DNA from: Bdellovibrionales bacterium
GTDB taxonomy: Bacteria > Bdellovibrionota > Bdellovibrionia > Bdellovibrionales > UBA1609
Length of the DNA stretch: 64,000 nt
Reading direction: 5' to 3'
NCBI GenBank assembly: GCA_965200875.1
Contig: OZ241456.1
Coordinates: 1,280,001-1,344,000 of the forward strand
Under the pieces are notes generated by a model. It was not told the DNA's origin and did no database searches. It saw only the letters and a program-made list of their open reading frames with translations. Positions 22,092-32,070 of the stretch are shown here, one piece after another; the first letter of the stretch is position 1, and every line of letters begins with the position of its first letter. The translations under genes were made by a program, and so were the position numbers.

Positions 22092-22103
22092 ACTACTTTT
22101 TTA

Positions 22104-23066
22104 CTAAGGAGAAGTACAATTCCCGTTATTATCTAAAGTCATACTTGAAGGACAATGACATTTTTCCTCTCCATTTATTACTTTGAGTCTTTGTCCACCA
22201 TGACAAATTGTTTTACATTCCATTTCACCAGTGACAGTGTTTAATACTTTATGTTGGCTTGTGCTTGGACATGCCACTAATTTACAGTCCATTTCTATTA
22301 CATGTTTTCCGTTGGCACTGGTCATTTCAGTTTCCGGGTTTATGCCAATCGCGACCTGTCCAGCTGGGCATGCTCTCTTTAAGCATATAGGTTCTAGTTT
22401 GTTTTGGTTGTTCGGTTTCGTCCCTATTAAGGTCTCCTCTGCACCACATCCAACACAATTATCAGGCCCAGCTAAAAATTTCCCAGGCGGACAAGTGGGA
22501 GTTAAAACATTGCTTGCACTATCATCCAATACACAATCCAAAGGATTGCATATATCATCGTTCTCAGGTGGATTATCAAGATTCTCAGCATGAATGTTAC
22601 AGGTAATATGATAACAACCTTTTTTATCTGTTTTTGTGCAGGCATTTCCCAGCTTTGTCTGCATGTTTCTTAAAGCTGTGGCTTTATCACTATATTTGTA
22701 ATATAAATTGAATTTATGTATATTATTTTGACTTGATACAGTTATATCCACAGTCTCAATAAAGCCTTTAAATATACTTTCACTTTTGTTAGACCTATTA
22801 AAAATATAGGGCATCTTATTAATCTTTGCAGGATTATTTTGATCATAGTAGGCTGGTTCTGTGTTAGGAAAAAAATTTTTGCAATTATTATTAAAAATAT
22901 GATAGACGCTGTTTTTAAATTTTCTAGTTATCTGCTGTGTTTCTATTACATTAGAAGTTACATAAGATTTTTCTATAGCTTTTGAAAGGCCGGCAACAGC
23001 AACACTACTCAAACTGACCACCAACAACAGCTCAACAATACTCATTCCTTTATTATTTATTTTCAT
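22104..23066 (-). CDS. prepilin-type protein with Cys-rich C-terminal domain
   Basis: NKG|MSIVELLLVVSL; CPPG, CPAG and CHCP repeats; shares GFIxxxDI, YYK and GCYHxxC with the 21941 gene. Confidence 0.8.
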   Translation of the reverse strand: MKINNKGMSIVELLLVVSLSSVAVAGLSKAIEKSYVTSNVIETQQITRKFKNSVYHIFNNNCKNFFPNTEPAYYDQNNPAKINKMPYIFNRSNKSESIFKGFIETVDITVSSQNNIHKFNLYYKYSDKATALRNMQTKLGNACTKTDKKGCYHITCNIHAENLDNPPENDDICNPLDCVLDDSASNVLTPTCPPGKFLAGPDNCVGCGAEETLIGTKPNNQNKLEPICLKRACPAGQVAIGINPETEMTSANGKHVIEMDCKLVACPSTSQHKVLNTVTGEMECKTICHGGQRLKVINGEEKCHCPSSMTLDNNGNCTSP

Positions 23067-23068
23067 AT

Positions 23069-23692
23069 TTATTTCCAATGGTCGCATTTTGCTAGATTCT
23101 GCCCTATCTGGAGAGGCGCACCACCTCTACATATATTTGATTGTGTTACATCTACATAATCAGCTAGATCACTACCTTTTTTGTTACACCATATATCGTA
23201 TGGGTGAGGTTGACTCCACTGAACACGGGTAATAATTTGAAGTTTTTTTCCTGAAACTTCTTGCTGTATGCTTAAACAATAATATTGGTGTTTTGCAGGA
23301 TCATTTTTGTTATTACTGCGGGTTTGAGTAATACAAGTCGCATCTGCCGGACAGGTAAAACCCAGCTTTTTTTTTAAATCCTTTTTTAAGGCTTCTTGTG
23401 TTGTGCCTGTTGCTTCGCAAGGTTTTTTTAAATATCGTGTTGAATCAGATGATATATCTGCATTAGTGGGAACAGTGCCGTCTGTTTTCAATAGTGTAAT
23501 CTCCCAACCTCCATTTATGGAAATACAGTTTTTAACAGAACTAGCAAAAAGCTTGGCGTGGGTTTTAAAGTCGTTTTTACTGGCTCTAAGTGTCTGGTCT
23601 CTATAGGAAACATAAGCGACACCGCTTATTATAGAAAGAATGCCTATTGTTACCAGAATCTCAACAAGCGTATAGCCTGCATTTGCTTTCAT
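23069..23692 (-). CDS. type IV pilin-like protein (start may lie upstream, across a poly-C tract)
   Basis: NAG|YTLVEILVTIGILSIISGVA N-methylation motif; several Cys in the head domain. Confidence 0.85.
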   Translation of the reverse strand: MKANAGYTLVEILVTIGILSIISGVAYVSYRDQTLRASKNDFKTHAKLFASSVKNCISINGGWEITLLKTDGTVPTNADISSDSTRYLKKPCEATGTTQEALKKDLKKKLGFTCPADATCITQTRSNNKNDPAKHQYYCLSIQQEVSGKKLQIITRVQWSQPHPYDIWCNKKGSDLADYVDVTQSNICRGGAPLQIGQNLAKCDHWK

Positions 23693-23885
23693 ACTATTGC
23701 CCCTGAAAACAAAGGGGACACCTACAACATGCGGGGCAGATTGCGAAGCGGATTCAACAGAGAAGAACATCTGATTTAATCTGAGTAATCGTGTAAGGTA
23801 TTTGAACAATCCTGCTATTTTTGCAAAAGCAAAAAACTGCTTAAAATCTGAGAATATCTGGATCAGCTTATAACGCAGTGCATGA

Positions 23886-23896
23886 GGGGGGGGGGG
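23886..23896. repeat. G11 homopolymer (C11 on the pilin coding strand)
   Basis: catga-GGGGGGGGGGG-taga; unusual in an AT-rich window. Confidence 0.9.
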
Positions 23897-24185
23897 TAGA
23901 GGGGGTTTTTCTTTGGATTTCTTTCACATTTACTTCCTTATTAAAATTTATGAAAGTTAATCGGCCTTTATCGTAAAAAACTTTAATTTTTTTTTAATAT
24001 TCTAATACTCTGTAAAAGGAGATTAGTTGGGCATGAAAAAGGTGTTAACGCACTGTTATTACTTGATTTTTTTATAATTTTGTTTGAAAATAATTGCAAG
24101 ATTTTACAACAAAGCCCTTTGTTATGATTCCACTTAAAATCTGAAATTTTTTATTGATTGAACTGGCCTGAAAGGCTGACTTTTT

Positions 24186-24230
24186 ACCATGTAAATTTAC
24201 AGTATACTTTTAAATTTACATGGTTATAAT
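24186..24230. promoter_or_regulatory. perfect 14-bp inverted repeat abutting a TATAAT box
   Basis: ACCATGTAAATTTA-N11-TAAATTTACATGGT followed by TATAAT at 24225-24230. Confidence 0.55.
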
Positions 24231-24445
24231 ATAAGGACTTGCTGGCAAGGTGTACTTAAGGAGAGGGCTTTTCTCTAAAACAGATGAAACAATGGATAAT
24301 TAAAAAGTTCACTTTCCTATGTGTGCAAAATGAGAGGTTTTTTCTCCATAGCAGTTTTTGGTTTTAAACTGATTTGATAACAGCTTTGATAACAAGAAAG
24401 TTATACACTTACACTACGACTGTAGCTTATAGAGAGGTATCAAAA

Positions 24446-25597
24446 ATGCGATATATAAAAAGGTTTTCTTTTGAGAGAATATTGTATCAACTAAAGCGGT
24501 ATCCCGTGGTGGCTTTGTTAGGTCCGAGACAAGTTGGCAAATCCACTTTGGCAAAGGCCGTGTTGCGCAAAATCAAAAAAGCGGTTTATTTTGATTTGCA
24601 GTCTCCAAGTGATCTTCAGCGAATGGAAGACCCTGTGGCTTTATTTGAACGACACAAAAACCAGCTTGTGATTATAGACGAAATTCAAAAAGCACCGGAA
24701 CTGTTTTCCATTTTAAGAAGCCTTATTGACAAAAAGAGAAGAAACGGCCGGATTTTGGTTTTAGGTTCTGCGAGTCGAGATTTAATAAAGCAAAGCTCAG
24801 AAACTTTGGCCGGGAGGATTTGTTATATGGAGATCATGGGTTTTCAAAGAGAAGAAATCAAATCTATTTACAACTTTAATACCCATTGGACAAGAGGAGG
24901 ATTGCCACTTAGTCTTTTAGCCGGAAGTGATGAAGACAGCTTTGATTGGAGAAAAAACTATATTCAAACTTTTTTGGAAAGGGACATTCCTTTGTTGGGG
25001 TTTGGTTCACTTCCACCCACTCAAATGAGACGGCTATGGAAGATGCTGGCACATTATCATGGTCAGATTTTAAATATTTCCACATTAAGTCAGTCTCTGG
25101 GACTTTCAACCCCTTCTTTAAAAAAACATATCTCCCAGCTGGAGCAAACATTCATTATCAGAACTTTGGAACCTTATCACCACAACTTAAAAAGACGACT
25201 GATAAAATCCCCAAAAGTTTATATAAGAGACAGCGGATTACTTCATGCTCTTTTGGATATAGAAAACATAGAGGCTCTTATGGGTCATCCTGTGTGTGGA
25301 ACCTCTTTTGAAGGCTTTGTTATGGAAAATCTTTTGTCTCATTTTCCTTTGTGGACACCCTCTTTTCTTAAGACATCAAATGGAGCGGAGGTGGATTTGG
25401 TCCTCAGCAAGGGCCAAAAAACAATTTTTTTTGAAATGAAGCTCAACTCAGCACCCAAGGTTTCCAAAGGTTTTCACCTACTGGTGGAAGCCATAAAACC
25501 TGATAAAACTTTTGTAATAGCCCCTGTAACTTCTTCCTTTAAAATAAAGAAACTTACATATACCTGCCTCGATGAATTTTTATCTTTAAAAATTTAA
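24446..25597 (+). CDS. AAA+ ATPase (AAA_14 plus DUF4143 type)
   Basis: GPRQVGKST, IIDEIQK, GSAS, ETLAGRI, KSPKVYIRDSG and EVDLV..FEMK motifs. Confidence 0.9.
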   Translation: MRYIKRFSFERILYQLKRYPVVALLGPRQVGKSTLAKAVLRKIKKAVYFDLQSPSDLQRMEDPVALFERHKNQLVIIDEIQKAPELFSILRSLIDKKRRNGRILVLGSASRDLIKQSSETLAGRICYMEIMGFQREEIKSIYNFNTHWTRGGLPLSLLAGSDEDSFDWRKNYIQTFLERDIPLLGFGSLPPTQMRRLWKMLAHYHGQILNISTLSQSLGLSTPSLKKHISQLEQTFIIRTLEPYHHNLKRRLIKSPKVYIRDSGLLHALLDIENIEALMGHPVCGTSFEGFVMENLLSHFPLWTPSFLKTSNGAEVDLVLSKGQKTIFFEMKLNSAPKVSKGFHLLVEAIKPDKTFVIAPVTSSFKIKKLTYTCLDEFLSLKI

Positions 25598-25673
25598 TAG
25601 AGGCGGTTTTGTGAGATTTTATCTCCTCTGGAAAACTGTGACCCACCTAACTTTTTCAATATGAAATATAGAT

Positions 25674-25802
25674 CTATACAAAACGCTTTAAGATGGCCAT
25701 TACAATAATGAATAAAAATATCCAGAATCCCAAAAATCGATAAAGAACATATCCCAGTATCAAAATCCCACACAGTAAAAAAAATATACCAATACTTTTC
25801 AT
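25674..25802 (-). CDS. small membrane protein, 42 aa (below ORF track cutoff)
   Basis: MKSIGIFFLLCGILILGYVLYRFLGFWIFLFIIVMAILKRFV*; two hydrophobic segments. Confidence 0.5.
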   Translation of the reverse strand: MKSIGIFFLLCGILILGYVLYRFLGFWIFLFIIVMAILKRFV

Positions 25803-25899
25803 ATTTATACTACCCAGTAATCCTAACACGGACTATTAATAAAACCACCTTGAAGCATAAGCATAATTTACATCTTTTTTTTACGACTACTCAATATTT

Positions 25900-26487
25900 T
25901 TACGCACCAAAAATTTGCATGAATGCTATACTTATACTGTACAACAGGTATTTTGGATAAGAGACTTTTTTGCATATATACCGGCTTCCGTCCCACCCAA
26001 ATTTAACAAAATCTTTTGGAAGTTCTTTGTTGATAAATTGCAAAGGTTTTGAGCTAAGGGGGGCAGAGTAGGGATTTCCTGCAGTATCTGCTTTAAACTG
26101 TTCATAATACTGTTGGCTGGCGTACTTAACATGAGATTGAATCAAAACATTGGTTTTTGTGTTTAGCCGGTAAATATTGTATTCCTCACGATAAAGTTCA
26201 TTTTTTTTTCGCTTTCCCGCAAAAGTTTGAAAGTAGCCGAACAAAAAATCACCATTTTGTCTCATTTCAAAAGGAGGGTCTATGTGCAAAGGAAACTTGG
26301 CAGTATAAAAACCTTCCCGATCAAGAGATTTTGTAATAAGTAACAGACGATCGAAGTATTGGGAGGCTCTTTCCCCATTTCTCAAATGGGAGGCGCAAAA
26401 ATACCTTTTTCCTGGCAAAGTTGCTTGCCCTCCGGTGGAGACAGAACATAGTAAAAGAAGAGATAGAAAAAAACAAGCCTTCAACAT
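25900..26487 (-). CDS. hypothetical exported protein
   Basis: N-terminal signal-like segment and C-terminal hydrophobic stretch. Confidence 0.6.
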   Translation of the reverse strand: MLKACFFLSLLLLCSVSTGGQATLPGKRYFCASHLRNGERASQYFDRLLLITKSLDREGFYTAKFPLHIDPPFEMRQNGDFLFGYFQTFAGKRKKNELYREEYNIYRLNTKTNVLIQSHVKYASQQYYEQFKADTAGNPYSAPLSSKPLQFINKELPKDFVKFGWDGSRYICKKVSYPKYLLYSISIAFMQIFGA

Positions 26488-26639
26488 GTATATCTATCAT
26501 ATATTTGAAATTTCTAGTTTGTAAAGATTTTTATATGTTCCTGTTGTTGAAATTTTTGATTTAACAGGGGGCTTTCTTACAAGAGTTTTATTGTAAAATC
26601 TTGCAATTATTTGCCGAACATTTTATAAAAAAATCTATT

Positions 26640-27788
26640 ATGAATAAAAAGGTTAACTCTACACCTCTGTTGCTCACTCCTGGTCCTGTTACAGCTCCTT
26701 CAAATGTTTTGAAACAGCTTTCTAAACCAATGATTCACCATCGTAGCCAGAAGTTTGTCAATATTTTAAAAGAAACAAAAACTTTATTAAAAATAATATT
26801 TCAAACCAAGCAGGATGTTATCATTTTAAACTCTTCTGGCACGGGTGCTATGTCCTCAGCTCTTTTAAATACACTTTCACCTAGAGACACTGTGTTAGTG
26901 CTCTCAGCCGGAAAATTCGGAGAGCGGTGGATAGAAATGGCAAAAGCCTATAAATTGAAAGTTATCTCCTTAAAAGCTCCTTGGGGTAAAGCTATTTCTG
27001 TGCAAAAAACCCATGATTTACTAAGTAAAAACCCTCAAATCAAAGCTGTTTTGGCTCAAGTTTGTGAAACCAGCACAGGAGTGTCACACCCTATTAAAGA
27101 GCTGGCCAACCTTACTAGAAAAAAATCTGACACTTTATTTATTGTAGACGCCATATCTGCTCTGGGAACTATGGATATTAAGATGGATCAATGGGGAATT
27201 GATGTAATGATAGGAGGTTCTCAAAAATCTTTTTGCCTCCCAGCGGGTATGTCTTTTATTGCTTTTTCCAAAAAAGCTTGGAAGTTTAATGAAAAAGCTC
27301 AGCTCCCCGTTTATTATTTTGATCTTAAAAAAGAAAGAAAGGCACAAGTAAAAGGACAAACCGCTTTTAGCTCCAATGTAAGCTCCATTCGCGCTTTACA
27401 CTCCTTTCTTCTGCCTTTAAAAAAGAAAGACAGCTTAAAGAAAATGATCCAAAAAAGCGAGAAATTATCTCGATTCACTTTACGATTTTGTAAAATCACA
27501 GGGCTTGATGTGTTGGCTGATTCAGCTTGCCTTACCAGTATTGCATTGCCAAAGCATATTGATGGCATAAAACTTAAAAAACAAATTGAAAAAGATTATC
27601 AAGTGTTTTTGGGAGGAGGACAAGGCCAATTAAAGGGTCGTATTATACGCGTAGGACATCTGGGAGCTATTTCCCTCAAGGATCTAAAGAAAGCCTTAAA
27701 AAGTCTTGCCCTTGTTTTACACTCTTTGGATTCCAATCTCATCAAGAAACAAGATCTGAAAAAAGCCCTTGCTGAAAGCAAGTATTAA
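26640..27788 (+). CDS. class V aminotransferase (alanine-glyoxylate/serine-pyruvate type)
   Basis: LLTPGP, ETSTG, VDAISALG, GSQK and RVGHLG motifs. Confidence 0.9.
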   Translation: MNKKVNSTPLLLTPGPVTAPSNVLKQLSKPMIHHRSQKFVNILKETKTLLKIIFQTKQDVIILNSSGTGAMSSALLNTLSPRDTVLVLSAGKFGERWIEMAKAYKLKVISLKAPWGKAISVQKTHDLLSKNPQIKAVLAQVCETSTGVSHPIKELANLTRKKSDTLFIVDAISALGTMDIKMDQWGIDVMIGGSQKSFCLPAGMSFIAFSKKAWKFNEKAQLPVYYFDLKKERKAQVKGQTAFSSNVSSIRALHSFLLPLKKKDSLKKMIQKSEKLSRFTLRFCKITGLDVLADSACLTSIALPKHIDGIKLKKQIEKDYQVFLGGGQGQLKGRIIRVGHLGAISLKDLKKALKSLALVLHSLDSNLIKKQDLKKALAESKY

Positions 27789-27798
27789 ACAATCTGAT

Positions 27799-28944
27799 CT
27801 AAAAAACTAAGTTGTTTGCAAAATATCCTTCCAGAAAAAAATCCTTTCCTATGGAGGATACTTTTACAGAATCCAAATTCAAACTTTGGGAAAGTTTTTG
27901 AATGGAAAACTCCCCAGACCAACTTTGTCCTTTTCCTATAATCCGCGGAGCCATATAACAATAAAGCCTTTGCGCTATGTTTTCTTTCAGAAACTGAGAG
28001 TGGCAAAAAGCACCTCCTTCCACTAAAACAGATTGTATCCCCTCTTCCTGATATAAGTGCTGTAAAATATCTGTTAGAGGAAAATAATTTTCGAAAGTCT
28101 TAAAAAACTTTACTTTTACCCCTATAGAGGAAACGAGTGCGTTTGTCTGAAAGGTGTTAGTCTGTGCAGAACAAATAACAATTATCTGATCTGGAAAATG
28201 AGCTTGAAACAGTTTGGACTTAGGTAAAGCCGAAAAACTTTTTCCTTTTGGATCTAAAATGATCACTTTATTTTTTTTCTCTTTAAAGCGATTTAGACGA
28301 ATATCAAGACAAGGATTATCTTTTAAAAAAGTATTCACTCCGACTAAAACCGCAGAGTGGGTGGCTCTTAAAAACCGTGCATGCTGGCGGGCTTTTTCAC
28401 TGGTGATCCACTGACTTTCTCCGGTTTTAAGTGCTGTCATTCCGTCCAGACTGATCGCTGTTTTCAAACTCACAAAAGCTTTTTTATGGAGAATGGAAAA
28501 CTTAAAAGGTGCGACCAGTTTTTCTGTTTCCTCCAGAAAATCGGAAGTTTGAGTAATTCGTACGCCTTTTTCCTGTAAATGTTTCAAACCTTTTTTTGAA
28601 GTAAAAGGATCTTCTGCTCCATAAGTTAAAGACTGAATCTGGTATTTGGCAAGCTCTCTTGAACAGGGTGGTGTTTTACCCGTATGATGACAAGGTTCCA
28701 AAGTGACAAATATCCTTGCTCCTTTTAGTTTTTTTTTGTTTGTTATTTTTTTTAAAGCCTGAATTTCCGCATGGTCGCCACCATATCTTTCGTGCCAACC
28801 ACTGGACAGGAAGTTATACTTGGAATCCAAAATTACACATCCTACGGGTGGATTAGGCTCCACCCAACCCAAACCTTTTTCCGCCAGCTTCAAGGCCAAT
28901 CGCATGGCTTGTTTTGGAGAAAGTTTTTTATTTTCTTTCACCAT
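27799..28944 (-). CDS. ribD: riboflavin biosynthesis deaminase/reductase
   Basis: PNPPVG, HAE, TLEPCHHTGKTPPC and LVEGG motifs. Confidence 0.96.
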   Translation of the reverse strand: MVKENKKLSPKQAMRLALKLAEKGLGWVEPNPPVGCVILDSKYNFLSSGWHERYGGDHAEIQALKKITNKKKLKGARIFVTLEPCHHTGKTPPCSRELAKYQIQSLTYGAEDPFTSKKGLKHLQEKGVRITQTSDFLEETEKLVAPFKFSILHKKAFVSLKTAISLDGMTALKTGESQWITSEKARQHARFLRATHSAVLVGVNTFLKDNPCLDIRLNRFKEKKNKVIILDPKGKSFSALPKSKLFQAHFPDQIIVICSAQTNTFQTNALVSSIGVKVKFFKTFENYFPLTDILQHLYQEEGIQSVLVEGGAFCHSQFLKENIAQRLYCYMAPRIIGKGQSWSGEFSIQKLSQSLNLDSVKVSSIGKDFFLEGYFANNLVF

Positions 28945-29119
28945 TTTTAAGCTCCTTCAGTTTAGGTTTTCACAGTTGTTTATACAGATAGTTGATAAGA
29001 AAAAATCATGTATTCAACAGGAGTAAAATAGTCGAGCGTGAAAAAGTTTTTACATGTACAGCTTATTGCTCATACCTCAGCACTCGGTCTCAAACATGCG
29101 TTTTGCCACATACGCGTCT

Positions 29120-30322
29120 TCACGAATTTTCAGAGTTCCAGGATCTCCAATAATCTTTAAGCTCCACTTTTGAAAGATTTTCAGAGACTTTAAGTGGGTG
29201 AAGAGAATCCACCATAACCGCGTATTCGTCTGTTTTTGTTTTTTCTTTTGCTACATGAAAAGCTCCCGGATGTGGCCCGTGCGGAAAACCACTCGGGTGC
29301 AGACTCATCATACCACTTTCCAGATTGTCTCTACTGAAAAAACCTCCAGCATGATAAAACAACACTTCATCATAGTCTATATTTTGGTGGTAAAAAGGCA
29401 CTTTCAAACTGTCTTTGTCCATCTCCAACGGACGGGGAGTAAAAGAGCAAACGACAAAATCCTGCGCCAAAAAAGTGGTGTGTACGCTGGGAGGTAAATG
29501 CGCCCGATGACTCATTACAGGCATGATTTTTTTTATATCCAATATAAAAGGAAACAGATTTCCCTTCCAGCCCACAATATCATAGATATCGCTATCGTAG
29601 GAAAAAGAGGTAATGTCTCCTAACTTTCGTACTTCAATTTCCCGGATATTCAACTTTAATTCCTTTTGCCTTTCCTGCTGAAGTTTTAAGTCCGGTTTTT
29701 GTAAATTTTGCAGATCATACACTGCATGTTTTCCAAGCATTCCTCTTTCCGGTTCTCGAAAATATCCCTTCCGACTTTCAATCACAAAAAACTCAGAATC
29801 CTGTTTAAAGAGAAAAGAATGTGTAAGGCATTTTGGCATGACAATGTAATAACCTTTATGAAAAGGCAAGAGACCATACTCCGTAAAAATCTCTCCTTCT
29901 CCTTTATGGCAAAAATAAATTAAATCTCCGTCTGCGTTTCTAAAGCCTTTTATTTTGTTTAAGTCCTGAGATTTTTCACAGATTAAATAAAAAATTTGCA
30001 AACATGAATTATAAACCAAACTTTGCCAACCTTTTTCAGGGAAGGCACTTTGTTCTGGTTTTTTTATGCTGTTTTCTGGGGCTACTGAGAGGTTTTGTGG
30101 TTCAGAACTTTCCAAACCAGTTTGGTGTAACAGATGGTTTAAGTTGTACATTCTGGGTTTAAGAGAACCTTTAATATTTTTCCAACGAGCACTGGGTGCT
30201 TTTCTAACCAAGTGAGAAACCGGTCCGTAAAAACCATCTCTCCCCTGCTCCTCTTCGTAACATCCTTCCTGAATGCCCTTATGAGCTTGAGAGTGGACTT
30301 TTCCTTGCCAATAATGGTGCAT
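29120..30322 (-). CDS. hmgA: homogentisate 1,2-dioxygenase
   Basis: EEQGRDGFYG, NADGD, VPFYHQNIDYDE and PHGPHPG motifs; adjacent to hppD. Confidence 0.9.
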   Translation of the reverse strand: MHHYWQGKVHSQAHKGIQEGCYEEEQGRDGFYGPVSHLVRKAPSARWKNIKGSLKPRMYNLNHLLHQTGLESSEPQNLSVAPENSIKKPEQSAFPEKGWQSLVYNSCLQIFYLICEKSQDLNKIKGFRNADGDLIYFCHKGEGEIFTEYGLLPFHKGYYIVMPKCLTHSFLFKQDSEFFVIESRKGYFREPERGMLGKHAVYDLQNLQKPDLKLQQERQKELKLNIREIEVRKLGDITSFSYDSDIYDIVGWKGNLFPFILDIKKIMPVMSHRAHLPPSVHTTFLAQDFVVCSFTPRPLEMDKDSLKVPFYHQNIDYDEVLFYHAGGFFSRDNLESGMMSLHPSGFPHGPHPGAFHVAKEKTKTDEYAVMVDSLHPLKVSENLSKVELKDYWRSWNSENS

Positions 30323-30348
30323 TTTTACACTCCCTTCATACTCACTTT

Positions 30349-31422
30349 TTAAGTGATATAGCCTCTTTGTATTTGATCTTGTTCAATCGCGTCAAAAAGA
30401 GCTTGAAAATTTCCTTCTCCAAAACCATCATGATTATATCTTCTGATTAACTCATAAAACACGGGGCCTATAACATTTTTGGTAAAAATCTGAAGCAGAT
30501 AACCTGTTTCATCTCCATCCGCTAGGATTTTATTTTCCTGCAAATCGTTTAGGTTATTTTTTACTTGAGGCACTCTTTTTGGAAGATTTTCATAATAGAT
30601 GTCCGGTACATCCAAAAAATTAATGCCTTTGGCTCTAAGTTTCTTTACGGAATCCACAATATCTTCAGATGTTAAAGCGATATGTTGAATACCTGGCCCC
30701 TTGTATTCCTCTAAAAATTCCTGGATTTGTGATTTCTTTCCTCTTTCTCCTTGAGCAGGCTCATTAATGGGAATGGTGATTGTATTGCAGGGAGAGCGCA
30801 TCACCTTTGAAACAAGGCCGGTTTTACTTCCCTTAATATCAAAATAGCGTCTTTCTGTAAAATTAAAAACCTCCTGGTAAAAATCACACCACTTTTGCAT
30901 ATCTCCCACCTGCACATTATGGGTGAGATGATCCACCGACAACAACCCTGATGATTCTTTCGCCGGATGAGATGAACCCTTTGATCCTGCTTGAATGTCA
31001 GCAGACAAAATGTCAAATTCTTTTTCAAAATGAGAAGTATTTTTTTCCACGAAGTAAATCAGAGATTCGCCCACTCCATATATGGCTGGAAAGCTATGGC
31101 TTTGTTTATCAGGAGGTACGGCTTTAGCACCTTTGGAACAAGCATATTCAAAAGCTTTCTGAGCAGAGTGAACACAAAAACCCAAAGCGCAAACAGAAGG
31201 CCCATGCTGAGAGGAAAAATTTTCCGCAAAAGTGTTTTTTCCTTTATTTAAAATAAAACAGGTATGTCCTTGTGAAAATAAATCCACTTGTTTGCTCTTG
31301 TGTTTACCCTTTTGAACAAAGCCCATAGACTTCCAAAGCTGAGCCAGCTTTTCCGGTTCGGGACTGCTGTACTCAATAAAACCAATTCCGTTTAATCCTG
31401 CCGGATTTTCTTTTGCGTTCAT
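30349..31422 (-). CDS. hppD: 4-hydroxyphenylpyruvate dioxygenase
   Basis: DHLTHNV, SQIQEFL, GIQHIAL, LLQIFT and GFGEGNF motifs. Confidence 0.96.
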   Translation of the reverse strand: MNAKENPAGLNGIGFIEYSSPEPEKLAQLWKSMGFVQKGKHKSKQVDLFSQGHTCFILNKGKNTFAENFSSQHGPSVCALGFCVHSAQKAFEYACSKGAKAVPPDKQSHSFPAIYGVGESLIYFVEKNTSHFEKEFDILSADIQAGSKGSSHPAKESSGLLSVDHLTHNVQVGDMQKWCDFYQEVFNFTERRYFDIKGSKTGLVSKVMRSPCNTITIPINEPAQGERGKKSQIQEFLEEYKGPGIQHIALTSEDIVDSVKKLRAKGINFLDVPDIYYENLPKRVPQVKNNLNDLQENKILADGDETGYLLQIFTKNVIGPVFYELIRRYNHDGFGEGNFQALFDAIEQDQIQRGYIT

Positions 31423-31566
31423 TATTTTTTCCTCCGTTACTTTCTTCTGTGACTTTCCACGCTCATTGCTTCACGAACTGCACAGTATTGGAAATTTATC
31501 AAATGTTTGTTAAAAAAGTCAATCTCATATCTAACCTGATTAAAGGAATATGAGTTATATAAAATA

Positions 31567-32070
31567 TTATATTCCAGAAGGCACATCAAAATCACATTCA
31601 TGCAAATATCCTTTTTCTTCAAATAAAACCAAACGCTTTCTGTATTTTTTTAAAAACTCCTGATAATTTTTTGTTCGTCTGAAGCTTTTAAGCTGGCCCT
31701 TTGCAACCAATATTTTAAGAACCTCGTCCTGTTCTTTCGCTAAGTCTTCCCACTCCTCCCAAGGAATGCGTTTATTTCCAAAAAAATGGCAACAACTATA
31801 TATATATTCCTGAAAATACTTATATATTGATAAAAAATCACAATACTTTTTTTTGTAATCTTGATCTCCTAATCTACTGACTATAATCCAAGCCAAGCAA
31901 ATTAATTTCTCTCTTTTTTTGCGACTCCATTTTAGATTTAAAAGAGATAATAACACCTTGTCATTTGTAAAAATATGTCTATCATTTTGTTTAAAAAACT
32001 TTATAACAGTATCAGAAGATTGATCTAAAATATCTATAACATTGCTATCATGTTTTACATTTAAACTCAA
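31567..32070 (-). CDS. hypothetical protein
   Basis: 167-aa ORF filling the gap; no motif recognised. Confidence 0.45.
   Translation of the reverse strand: MSLNVKHDSNVIDILDQSSDTVIKFFKQNDRHIFTNDKVLLSLLNLKWSRKKREKLICLAWIIVSRLGDQDYKKKYCDFLSIYKYFQEYIYSCCHFFGNKRIPWEEWEDLAKEQDEVLKILVAKGQLKSFRRTKNYQEFLKKYRKRLVLFEEKGYLHECDFDVPSGI

Noticed and set aside
24122..24132. Further copy of the hairpin-element end (TTATGATTCCA)
   Set aside because: Only 10-11 bp match with no other conserved blocks; could be chance
28945..29119. FMN riboswitch upstream of ribD
   Set aside because: No recognisable RFN conserved blocks in this short intergenic region
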